A DNA stretch of 64,000 nt from contig RSEE01000073.1 of NCBI GenBank assembly GCA_003971905.1, positions 62,001 to 126,000 on the forward strand. Direction: 5' to 3'. The translations under genes were made by a program, and so were the position numbers. This stretch comes from Moniliella sp. 'wahieum' (Eukaryota). Each line of letters starts with the position of its first letter. Position 1 is the first letter of the stretch. Positions 24,455 to 35,900 of the stretch are shown here, piece by piece. Below the pieces are notes generated by a model. It was not told where the DNA came from. It saw nothing but the letters and a program-made list of their open reading frames with translations, and did not search any database.

Positions 24455-27400
24455 TCAGATACTCTCGCCATCCAAAAGCTTGGAAGCGGCGCATCCAAAA
24501 AGACAGGCAACTGTTTTCCTTGTGCAAAAAACGAAACGACACAAAATAGAAGAGATAGGTGAGAGGAACCAAAGTGGTGCAAAAGACGGGTACGGAAGAG
24601 AGAACAAATTGGCAAACGGCGTCACGAGCGGAGCTCCTTCCACTCGGGGTTGTTCACCACGTACGGTACATCGCCCAAGTAGACCCCCTGAACCTCGATC
24701 CTCAAATCGGGAACTTGTGCGGCCTTCTCTACTGCCCAAAGGGCAAGCGCCAGCGTATTCGGTCCCCTCGGGTCGATGATTCCAGGCGGTACCGGGAACG
24801 AAGTTTGCGGCCCCCACCGGGCCAGGCGGCGACCGACTTGCCACCCATTCACATACAGCAACGCTCTCCAGTCCTCCGTTGGCGCCGACGCGTTCCCCTG
24901 GAAGACGAGGGCAAGTGGAAGGTCATGGCCGAGGGGTACATCGAGGGTAAAGATGGTCCGGTAAAAGTTCACCCCGGCGCCAGGCAAGCCTTGTTGTGGG
25001 CTGCCTTCGTCCCAAGCTGAATCATCAAAGCCAGGAAGATGCCAGCCCTGACGCTCGCCATACAACCCTCCTTCGTTGAGGTACATCCGAGTCTTGTCCG
25101 GGAACGATTCGCCCCCCTGGTTGCCAGTCAAGAACCAATCGACCTGCACGCCTCCCAGGTCGTACGCAAGAATGCCACGGGGCTGCTTGGTAGTCTCCAA
25201 GGGCAACCCGTCCGGGTTGGGCGTGATGGATCCTGTCTCTTCATGAGCCGTGTCATCCTGCAAGATGGTCAAGACATTGTGTTCTTTCAGTGCATGTGGG
25301 GGGAACGGCCAAGATCCGCTGGCCCGGTCATACGAGGCATTTCCCTCCAACGAGCCGAGGAACTGTTCGTTAATCCAGATCGATGCTGCAAAGTATTTTC
25401 CGCCCTCGAGGGTGAGGCTGATGCTCTTCGGTAGGGTAGAAGCAAATTCACCCTGCCAGATGAGGTTGCCACTGGTGTGGAAGCCATAGACATCAGCAAA
25501 GAGGACTGTACCATGGGTCGAGACGTTTACTTTGTTAAAGAATGGATTCGGAGTCGAGGTCAAGTTGGCCGCCTTCCAGTTTCCATCGCGTTTAAAAGCC
25601 GGAGTGATCTCAGGAAGCGAATCGCGTACCTTCCACTTCCCCAAAGCAGGCGGAGCCCACTTCTGTGCGGCAGCGGTCGGACCAGGAATTTGGGCAGTCA
25701 GCGCGCCGTAGGAAGTGTGATTGGCCGGAACCGTAGCACCATTGAAGGTGACCTTGTTGATATTCGACGGCACGAAAGCAGTTAGAGGAGCAGAGGCATT
25801 GGACTGGCCTTGGATGACAAGTGTGTCTGAAGTCAGCGTCGCATTAGCAATGTGATAGGGGCCGTGAAGAAGGATGCGGTCACCCGTGCCAACGATGGAG
25901 TCGATCGTCCCTTTGGAGGCTAGGGAAACACTCTGTGCCTTGCGAGCCCAAACACGGTCCGACAAAGCCAACGTCACATCGACACCATCCACTTTGGCAC
26001 CCACAAACACCACTTTCCCCTCGGCCGCCGACCAAGTGAGCGTGGCAATGGCGCCATTGGATTGTACCGTTACCCCGTTGGTTGCAGGTACCGTGAGATT
26101 GTGGCTTCCCTTAATCTGAAGCGTGTTGTTTTTCCCTCCTGCTGTGCTTTGCACCAGCAGCACATCTTTCCCGTCGATCGCTGCCACAAAGCTCACATCA
26201 GCTGTGCTGTAGGTGACCGTGGCATGCGAGGCAGGGAGGGTCGTGTTGACAGGCACGATAACCGAGTCCCTCCCCTCAAGGGTAATCGAGTCATTGACAA
26301 ACCGGAGCGGGTACGTGACCGTGGCGGTAGATGTCGAGTCGTTCTGACGAACGACATACCATTGCGTCCCTGTGCGTGAAGGCGAACCCAGATGGGAAAT
26401 ATGGGCACCCTCACTGGTAGTGTAGCGGTCAAGAACAGTAGATGTGGCAAAGTCTGGGAAAGAGGTAAAGAAGGAGCCCAACAGACCATAGTCTCCCAAC
26501 TTATCCCGCTTGATCCGCCGTTCATCCAGGGCCGCACCGTAATCGTAGCTAGTGTACACCAAGCCACCGAACGCGACATTGCCAAAGTTGGTTCCGCCAA
26601 AGCCCATGTAGCGCGAGATCATCTTGACTCCCTGTGCAAGTGCATCCTTATCGAAAGTTTCCACAAAATCGGGGGAAAGCAGCTGGGAACATGCCTCATA
26701 CCCCACTCCGCCATACGGATCGTAGCTCCCTCCCTGGAACTCAGGGATGAACTGAGGGTTGTGAGGCGCAATCCGGCTCAAGTTATAGTAGGTATCCGCT
26801 TTGACGGGGTTCCATTTCGTTGGGTTTCCGCAGTCGAACAATTGTCTGTTTTGTAATGGTACAACAGGGTCAGTATCTTTTCTTTAACAAGGTCGAGCCC
26901 AAATGACGTACGGGTATGAGTCTTGCCCCCAGATGTCGAGCTTGGTGTCATTGGCGTAATCCACGCCCCCCCCAATCTGGTTAAAGGTCGTAGGGACCAC
27001 GATTCCGTTGGCATGGTAGGTATCGATAAGCTGATCAAAGTAAGCCTGCATCGGTCCTGACTGCTGGAACTCGTTCTCAACCTGCACCGCAATCACCGTC
27101 CCTCCTGTCGGGTCAATCTCGCCGTTGTGCACCTTCAACTGGTAGGGGGCTGTGGCTTTGGCCACCGCCGAAATAAAGGGAGTCCAAGCATCCTGCCACA
27201 CTTTGGATCCTGTGCGCAGCTGGGTGTCCAGGTTCTGCACCCACCCAGGCATGCCCCCTCCGTTGACCTCGGCGTTGATGTAGGGCCCAGGCCGGACAAT
27301 CACAAAGAGTCCGACGTCTTTGGCCAACTGAAGGAATGCCGACAGATCGTTCACACCTTCAAGTGCGAGGCTCTTGGGGTCAGCGCTTGGCTGGCTCAGA

Positions 27401-29035
27401 CCCCAGAAAGTGTACATCGACACAGTGTTGAACCCAGCCGCCTTGAGTTTCTCCAGCGCATCCCGCCACAGTGCGGGCACTGGCAGACGGAACGGATGGA
27501 ACTCGAAAGAGTTCAACACAATGTCATGCCCGGCAATCTTGATGTTAGTATTGTCCCAAGTGACAGCGGGCGCGTCTTGCAGGGGCAGGCTCCACGCTGG
27601 AGCTGGAGCAAGCAAAAGTGCTACTAAGGGTAGCAGATGCTTAAGGAGCATGGTTGGGAGGCTATTAGCAGCGGTGTTGGCGTTGATGTATGAGAGGGAC
27701 TGTTGCAAAGACGATGATATTTATTCATCTGATGCTGAGCACTGGGCAATGCACTCCTTCATCGATCTTGTTTTTGCAGCGGGTGAAAAGGCAAAGGATG
27801 CCCGCGATCCCACAAGATGACGGTATGTTGCAGAGATGGGCTCACAGGAACAGAGTCTCAGGGAGGTGAGGCCGGTGAGGGGGCAGCCACGGGGCAGCCA
27901 CACGGTGGTTGGGATCGCCTTAACAGACAACTTTATGCACGGCCCCAGGAACGTGCCAAGGAATGAACGTGTGGCGTGTGGAGACCGAGCACCCCACATA
28001 CTCTCCCAGAATATACCCAAACCTTTTCGTCCGAGTTGTGTGGGGCGAGAGTAGGGGAGAGCTAAAGCTTCCACATGGGCGCGCACTGTTCTGGCTGCAT
28101 GTGATGCACCGGCAACCCAACACTGCTTTGGTGCAATTAGAAGCATGTCCCACCTACAGTAGGACCATGGTAGTAGGCAGGAGGCAGGGCGCGCAGTAAG
28201 CGAGCAGGCGCGAACAGACTTCTACAAGCGAAGGCCGAAGGAAGGCAAGAACAGAGGCGGTGCAAAGCAAACCATAATATGGCGCCCACAATACCATACG
28301 TAAACCCTGCCCGGCTAAAATACACTACGCAGCGAAAAGGCCGAACGCACCGTGTGGATCGAATAACAATATGCGGCAGCGGTGGTTCGTGCGCAGGTCA
28401 AGTATTGGGAGCGGGGAGAACAGGTGTGGGGCCCCAGGATTATTGGGATCCCCTCACCCGGCCATACCAGGCCATGTGGTCCATCATGCATCATGCACAC
28501 CATGATGACACCATTCGCTGTGCGCAGCCAAAAGCTGTCAGCCGGTGTGGGTCGCCATTGAAGAGGCTATATACAACACGTCATTGCGCCGCTGCAACGA
28601 GGAACAGAGCATCACACACACATTCTCCTCTCTCTCTATAACATGCGGAGAAAGAGGAGAGGCGACTTTCCCACAGCGGAAATGCATGCATACCAACTAA
28701 TGAGCGCGAACGGGTGGCAAGTAAAACGAAAGAGGGGACTAGCGATGGTGAGAGAGGCAAAGGGAGGGCGCACCTTCGCTGACACTCACCGAAACCGACG
28801 AAACGATGTGTGAGAATAAGACGAAGCCTTTTGTGCTGTCAACGCCTTGTCACGTGTCACACGCAACACTCTGACCTGTCTGCGCTGACGCGATCCATTG
28901 TCCACAGTCATATCCACATTGGGCTTGTACTTTGCTCAGAAAAGGAGGCGCAGAGGTTAGTTTGACCTTCAAGTCTTGGGCGGGGGAGAAGACTGGTTTT
29001 GTACCGTCAATCTATACTGTGGCCACTGCTGTATT
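24455..29035. repeat. Tandem segmental duplication unit A (GH35 gene plus upstream region)
   Basis: Matches 32901-37120. CDS near-identical; flanking anchors match, e.g. agatactc (24458/32904), ctcacccggccataccag (28453/36819), ttagtttga..ggggag.agactg (~28957-28996/~37017-37057). Confidence 0.85.
24622..27651 (-). CDS. Secreted GH35 beta-galactosidase, copy A (intact); intron 26846-26911
   Basis: Signal peptide; FEFHPFRLPVPALWRD, RPGPYINAEVNGGG, acid/base QVENEF, nucleophile PEFQGG, YTSYDYGA, LNEGGLYGERQGWHLPG, LYVNGWQVG, GPQTSFPVPPGI. Confidence 0.95.
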
Positions 29036-29836
29036 CACATATCATTCGCAGAGCTTAAAAGACAGGGACAAAGAAACGCTGCACCGACCACAGGCCCGCT
29101 CGATTGATGCGATCATTTCTCGTATAGTCATAAGACTTTAATTTTCAGGTAAGAGGCCCACTTGGCTTCTCCTTCTCCATCCAGGCTCTGGTGACCTTCG
29201 GCAACTTCCCTGCCCGCACAGCATCCACAATATATCTCTCAGATTTCTCAAGGTGATCCTGTTGGTCCACTTGTCGGGCTGGTTGCGCTTGGAAATGTCT
29301 TCTCCTGGACGGAAATAGTAACCGTACGTGCGCTTGAACAATTCCATATCGCCGTTGCACTCTCGATAGAACCTGACCAACGCCTTTTTGGCATCAGGAA
29401 GAAGCGTAAAGTAGGCATCGTCGCCCTCCAAGCTCCACCACTGCCAGCGCCATTCGTCTTCGAGTGCATCTTCGAGAGTGGCAGGGACCACATACCCTTC
29501 AGGAATCGTCGTCGTCCGCTCCTTCTCCGCTTCATCCGCCTTTTTGTTGTTCTTGGTTTTTCCCAGCTCGGGGACTGGCCGTCCGGGAACAAAGGCCTTC
29601 CTGAATCTCTTCTTCAACCACGTTTCCGGGCGGGCCAAATCCACTTCAGCTGGGCGTTTCTGAGCATACCTTCTCGGTTGTCGCGTCATGATAAGACGCT
29701 GTGTAGAAACGGACTTGGCTCAGGTAAAGCACGATCAACAATGTATGGGGGGGGGGGCAACTGCAAGACCAGGGTGATAAGCAGGAGCATGTGGTGCAAT
29801 ACCGGTAGGTGTGAGAGTCGGATTATAGGTGGGATT

Positions 29837-30080
29837 TGGAGCAAGAGTCGGAGCAAGAGTCGGAGCAAAAGTCGGAGCAAAAGGAGGAGCAAGAGTCGGA
29901 GCAACGGCAGGAGCCGGTGGTGCAGCAGGAGCTGGTGATGCAGCAGGAGCTGGTGGTGCAGCAGGAGCTGGTGATGCAGCAGGAGCTGGTGGTGCAGCAG
30001 GAGCTGGTGGTGCAGCAGGAGCTGGTGGTGCAGTAGGAGCGGGTGATGCAGCAGGAGCCGGTGGTGCAGCAGGAGCTGGC
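29837..30080 (-). repeat. Coding tandem repeats in the YR linker: 18-bp unit (PAAPPA/PAASPA) plus a 12-bp unit
   Basis: ggtgcagcaggagctggt-type units repeated about 9 times; ggagcaagagtc-type units about 5 times. Confidence 0.9.
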
Positions 30081-30371
30081 AAAGTCGGACCCAGCAGTAC
30101 GGGGGCGGGTGTAGGAAAGGGTGCAGGAATCAGAACAAATGGAGCAGCCGGAAGGACAGGTGTGATTACGGAGCAGTACCAGTCCCCATCTCTGGAGCAC
30201 CTCCTTGATCGCCTTCAACAAGCACTTCTGCATCCTGAGCACGCATCACCTCGGGCTCATCTTCCGGCCCATCTTGAACAATCGCCGCCTCTGGAGCATC
30301 ATCTGGTGGGTTCCGAACAGTATCAACAGCAATTGGAACTGGGGTGCCGGGAGGTGGGTTCGTGGTCACGA

Positions 30372-30612
30372 CAGGTTGCTGGGCAACAACAGGGCTGAGC
30401 AACAACAGGCTGCTGAGCAACAACAGGCTGCTGAGCAACAACAGGCTGCTGAGCAACGACGGGTTGTTGGGTAACGATAGGTTGTTGCGTAACAACAGGT
30501 TGCTGGGCAACGACAGGTTGGGCAGCGACAGGTTGTTGGGCAACGACAGGCTGCTGAGCAACGAGAGGCTGCTGGGCAACAACAGGTTGCTGAGCAACGA
30601 CCCCCAGCAATT
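30372..30612 (-). repeat. Coding 18-bp tandem repeat (QQPVVA) in the YR linker
   Basis: Translation VVAQQPVVAQQPLVAQQP... about 12-13 units. Confidence 0.9.
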
Positions 30613-32571
30613 GATGAATCTGCTTGGACAAAATGACATGTTGCTCAGTCAAGAGGTCGACCTGCTGGTCAACCGGCGGAGATCCTCGCGGTCATCGTTT
30701 CCTTCGATTTCCATGTCAGCGAAGGTTCGTTCATGCCTCACCCGCTTGTTAAGAAGGCAGCGAATCAATGCCGTGTCCTGACAATTCTCTGACCAGCCCC
30801 CCCCATTGCACCTCCACCAACGACTTAGGTCGTTCACCATAATCCTGTAAGGAAACGAGTCAGTAAGGCCGCTGCGAAGTAGACCAATCGCGGCGTCGTA
30901 GGTATGCGTACGGCAGCATACACGTAAGCATCTTGGGCTCCCCCGCGTCGGAAACAATATGTTGAGTAGGACGGTGTGCATTGTGCAAACCGAGGAATAC
31001 ACTTCAGTGTCTCCTTGATCCATCTGTTGACAGTGTTGTAGGCGATTTGATCTTTTGGACGGTTCGGGACCCCCAAAGGACCAAGGGCGGGAAAGACATG
31101 GTCATCTGGATCCATGCGGCACCTTTTACACAGAGGAAGCCCTGCCATTCAGTGAGCGCCTTCACAGCGCTGCACTCGGGACGAGACCCTTCCAGATCCC
31201 ACAGTCTATATTGCGTCACTTGATTAGCGCCATGTTGGTTGGTTTTCCGAAACGAGTTACTAGAGCGAGTTAGTATGGTGTCAAAGCGCCCGAAGGGAAT
31301 GAGCACGTACGTGACGGCGATGCCATGTAAGTATCTTTGCACTTCATTTGGTCGATGGGGCTTCGGTTTTTGGATCCGTTCGATATCCTTCCAGGTCAAT
31401 CTCAATACTTCGCTTAATCGAGCCCACAGACGATATGCGAGGATGCTGACCGTCTTGAGAGAAGTGGTTTCGTCACGTATGGATCATATGGATCATCCAA
31501 CCCTTCCGTTGGCGCACCGTAGATACCTTGATCCAGATGTTGGAGGAGTATCTTGAGATCAGGGTACAGCATAGCCTCGGACGAATGCGAATAGTGAGCG
31601 CGACGACGCAGCCGGTTGTAATATATTAACCAGGTCATCAATGAGGCAGGTGCGCGCAGGATTACCCGTGCATGTATCAGGGCGGAACTGACACAGACGG
31701 TTGGAGTCCTCAAATTTGGCCTGGAAGAACCAGAGAAGAGCAGCGCGCATCGAGGCGATGGTGTGGTGCGCCTGAGGTTTCACAAGCACATGGAACTGAA
31801 ACCACAGCATTGTCACTTCCGCCGTGCGTTCACTCTTCGTCCAGGTCGACCAAGCGGGTTCTTTACCAAGTCCATCCCCATGATCCACGCAATGAACGAT
31901 TTGACCCTCCGCTTGTACGTGCCCACTGTATTCTGTGTGAGTGATGCCCTGGCAACGTCGGTCCTGGTCGTCGTATAGTCGACGTCCAGGTCCGATTTGA
32001 TCCAGAGACGTACAACCTCGTTGTCCTGGGTCGTGTCGTAAGCTTGGGGAGCAAGGCCAAAACTTCTCTTCAATGACCTGTTTCGGAATTGTGCGGCACC
32101 ATTTGGTTCCAACGTTCCCGATCGTACTCCAGGTCCGGATCGTCTGGAACATCCACGTCGGCATCCTCTTCGTTATCGGCTTCGGTGAGGGCAGCGAGAA
32201 ACAGGGCAGTGTCCTCTGGGTGCTCTGGGACCTCGTCAGGGGCCAAGTCGTACATTTCGTCCTCGTATTCAAACGCTGGCTCGCCAAGCGGCTGAGGGTT
32301 GGCAGCAGAACGCGTCGTCCGACCGGGACCACAGCCCGACCCCTGCCCCTGCCCCTTGCTCCGCCCCTGCCTCTGCCTCTGCCTCTTCCCCGGCCCCTCC
32401 CTTGAGGCAGCGCGCGTGCAGCATGAACGGGGTCTCTTGTCGTGGCAACGGGCATGTTGGTGCTGATACGAGGAGGGGGTGGTGGGAACGCGTACAAGGA
32501 ATGCGGGAGAGTCCGATTCGATGATCTCGATGATTACACGCTGGATACGGAATTCCTTGAAACGATGACCG

Positions 32572-32607
32572 GAATTTGAAATTGTTACTGATAACAATTT
32601 CAAATTC
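32572..32607. other. Perfect inverted repeat GAATTTGAAATTGTTA-CTGA-TAACAATTTCAAATTC; candidate recombinase binding or crossover site
   Basis: 16-bp arms are exact reverse complements, AT-rich in GC-rich DNA, ~120 bp upstream of the YR ATG (32455). Confidence 0.75.
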
Positions 32608-32900
32608 GGATAAAACAGCGCCAAAAACGGCAAAGGACTTGGACAAGAAATAAGGCGGGCAGGGACGAGAATGGAAAAGGTGGGGCAAAGGATCCCCACT
32701 GAGTACTGAGTACTGGTCGAGGATGCTTACTGTTGGCTGACCCTTTTTGGTAACCCCCTCATGTTTAAGCCCATCGCGGAAGCAAACGAAGCAAGCGAAG
32801 ACTGTGAAGGCTGCGAAGGTACTAAGAAATAGGACTTCCCCCCGTTTTTCATGATCATTCGCCCGTGCACGTCCTCAGTCCGTTCTCCGCCCCCTTCAGA

Positions 32901-35900
32901 ATTAGATACTCATCATGCAAATATGCAGGGCGCATCCAAGAAAAGCCACTATTTTTCGTTTGGGGAAAAGAAAAAGGGACACAGAGTGGACACCAGCGAT
33001 GGCAAGCAGGGATGGCAAAAAAAGTAACGAAAAAGATGGGCAGGGGAGAAAGCTGGAATGGCAAATGACCACGAAGAGCGGAGCTCCTTCCACCGGGGTT
33101 GTTCACCACGTACGGTACATCGCCCAAGTAGACCCCTAACCTCGATCCTCAAATCGGGAACTTGTGCGGCCTCTCTACTGCCCAAAGGGCAAGCGCCAGC
33201 GTATTCGGTCCCTCGGGTCGTGATTCCAGCGGAGGCGGTAGGGAACGAAGTTTGTGCCCCCACCGGGCCAGGCGGCGACACAACTTGCCACCCATTCACA
33301 TACAGCAACGCTCTCCAGTCCTGTTGGTGCCGACGCGTTCCCTGGAAGACGAGAGCAAGAGGAAGATCATGGCGAGGGGTACATCGAGGGTAAAAGTTGC
33401 GATAAAAGTTCACCCCGGCGCCAGGCAAGCCTTGTTGTGGGCTGCCTTCGTCCCAAGCTGAATCATCAAAGCCAGGAAGATGCCAGCCTTGACGCTACCA
33501 TACAACCCTCTTCGTTGAGGGTACATCCGAGTCTTGTCCGGAACGATTCGCCCCCTGGTTGCCATCAAGAACCAATCAATCTGCACGCCTCCCAGATCGT
33601 ACGCAAAGAATACCACGGGTTCCTTGCCGTTTCAAAAGGCATCCGTTCGGGTTTGGGCGAGATGAATTCTGCCTGTTCATGGGCAGTGTCACCCTGCAAG
33701 ATGGTCAAGACATTGTGTTCCTTCAGTGCATGTGGGGGAAACTTCCAGGATCCGCTGGCCCGGTCATACGAGACATTGCCCTCCAACGAGCCGAGGAACT
33801 GGTCGTTAATCCAGACCGAGGCTGCAAAGTATTTTCCGCCCTCAAGGGTGAGGCTGATGCTCTTCGGTTGGGTAGAAGCAAATTCACCCTGCCAGATGAG
33901 GTTGCCACTGGTATGGAAGCCATAGGCATCAGCAAAGAGGACTGTACCATGGGTGGAGACGTTTATTTTGTTAAAGAAAGGATTCGGAGTCGAGGTCAAG
34001 TTGGCCGCCTTCCAGTTTCCATCGCGTTTAAAAGCTGGAGTGATCTCAGGAAGCGAATCGCGTACCTTCCACTTCCCCAAAGCAGGCGGAGCCCACTTCT
34101 GTGCAGCAGCGGCCGGACTAGGAATTTGGGCAGTGAGCGCGCCGTACGCGATGCGGTTGGCCGGAACCGTAGCGCCATTGAAGGTGACCTTGTTGATATT
34201 CGACGGAACAAAAGCAGTGAGGGGAGCAGAGGCATTGGACTGGCCTTGGATGACAAGTGTGTCTGAGGTCAGCGTCGCATTAGCAATGTGATAGGGGCCG
34301 TGAAGAAGGATGCGGTCGCCCGTGCCAACGATGGAGTCGATCGTCCCCTTGGAAGCTAGGGAAACACTCTGTGCCTTGCGAGCCCAAGCACGGTCCGACA
34401 AGGCCAACGTCACATCGACGCCATCCACTTTGGCACCCACATAGACCACTTTCCCCGCGACAGCCGACCAAGTGAGGGTGGCAATGGCCCCATTGGATTG
34501 TACCGTTACCCCGTTGGTTGCAGGGACCGTGACATTGGGGCGGCCTTGAATTTGCAGCGTGTTGGTTTTCCCTCCTGCTGTGCTCTGCACCAGCACCACA
34601 TCTTTCCCGTCGATCGCTGCCACAAAGCTCACATCAGCTGTGCTGTAGGTGACCGTGGCATGCGAGGCAGGGAGGGTCGTGTTGACAGGCAGCATAACAG
34701 AGTCCCTCCCCTCAAGTGTAATCGTGTCATTGACAAACCCGAGCGGGTACGAGACCGTAGCGGTAGACGTCGAGTCGTTCTGACGAACGACATACCATTG
34801 CGTCCCTGTGCGTGAAGGCGCGCCCAGATGGGAAATATGGGCACCCTCGCTGGTGGTGTAGCGGTCGAGGACGGTAGATGTAGCAAAGTCTGGGAAAGAG
34901 GTAAAGAAGGAGCCCAACAGACCATAGTCTCCCAACTTGTCCCGCTTTATTCTTCGCTCATCCAGGGCCGCGCCGTAATCGTAGCTAGTGTACACCAAGC
35001 CACCGAACGCAACATTGCCAAAATTGGTTCCACCAAAGCCCATGTAGCGCGAGATCATCTTAACTCCCTGTGCAAGTGCATCCTTATCGAAAGTTTCCAC
35101 AAAATCGGGGGAAAGCAGTTGGGAACATGCCTCATACCCCACTCCGCCATACGGATCGTAGCTCCCTCCCTGGAACTCAGGGATGAACTGAGGGTTGTGA
35201 GGCGCAATCCGGCTCAAGTTATAGTAGGCATCCGCTTTGACGGGGTTCCATTTCGTTGGGTTTCCACAGTCGAATCGTTGTCTGTTTTGTAATGGTACAG
35301 GGTTAGTATCGTTTCTTTATCACGGTCGAGCACAATTCACGTACGGGTACGTGTCTTGCCCCCAAATGTCGAGCTTGGTGTCATTGGCGTAATCCACCCC
35401 CCTTCCTACCTGGTTAAAGGTGGTGGGCACAACGATTCCATTGGCATGGTAGGTATCGATCAGCTGGTCAAAGTAAGCCTGCATCGGTCCTGACTGCTCG
35501 AACTCGTTCTCGATCTGCACCGCAATCACCGTCCCTCTCGCAGGATCAATCTCGCCGTTGTGCACCTTCAACTGGTAGGGCGCTGTGGCCTTGGCCACCG
35601 CCGAAATAAAGGGAGTCCAAGCATCCTGCCACACTTTGGATCCGGTACGCAGCTGGGTGTCCAGGTTCTGCACCCACCCCGGCATGCCCCCTCCGTTGAC
35701 CTCGGCATTGATGTAAGGCCCAGGCCGGACAATCACAAAGAGTCCCACGTCTTTGGCCAACTGAAGGAATGCCGACAGATCGTTCACGCCTTCGAGTGCG
35801 AGGCTCTTGGGATCCGCGCTTGGCTGGCTCAGACCCCAGAAAGTGTACATCGACACAGTGTTGAACCCAGCCGCCTTGAGTTTCTCCAGCGCATCCCGCC

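Larger units (their letters stand above)
29138..32455 (-). pseudogene. Tyrosine recombinase (DNA breaking-rejoining enzyme) with low-complexity linker and C-terminal putative DNA-binding domain; many frameshifts; introns 31260-31310 and 30845-30911
   Basis: Fragments in order: TVGTYKR, SMRAALLWFF, TGNPA, SEAMLYPDL, box I LWARLSEVLRLTWKDI, FRKTNQ, DHVFPAL, box II YSTYCFRRGGAQ, SLVEVQW.GGWSE..TALIRCLL, then QWW..KKALVRFYRECNGDMELFKRTYG. Confidence 0.8.
29040..32850 (-). mobile_element. Crypton-like tyrosine-recombinase DNA element (boundaries approximate)
   Basis: Contains a single intron-bearing YR gene with no RT/RNaseH, plus an upstream 36-bp palindrome; the sequence is absent from both flanking duplicate units. 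Confidence 0.7.

Noticed and set aside
4238..27651. Possible glycosylation gene cluster (GT90, ALG3, OGT, expansin-like, GH35)
   Set aside because: Different compartments and pathways, interspersed with unrelated housekeeping genes; probably chance.
29837..30612. Regular repeats that might suggest a CRISPR-like array
   Set aside because: Head-to-tail 12/18-bp coding repeats without unique spacers; eukaryotic context and no cas genes.
29138..32455. YR as a Starship captain or DIRS/Ngaro retroelement
   Set aside because: Motifs (CFRRGGAQ, GGWSE) fit the Crypton-like class rather than what I know of DUF3435; no RT/RNaseH or LTR-like repeats seen.
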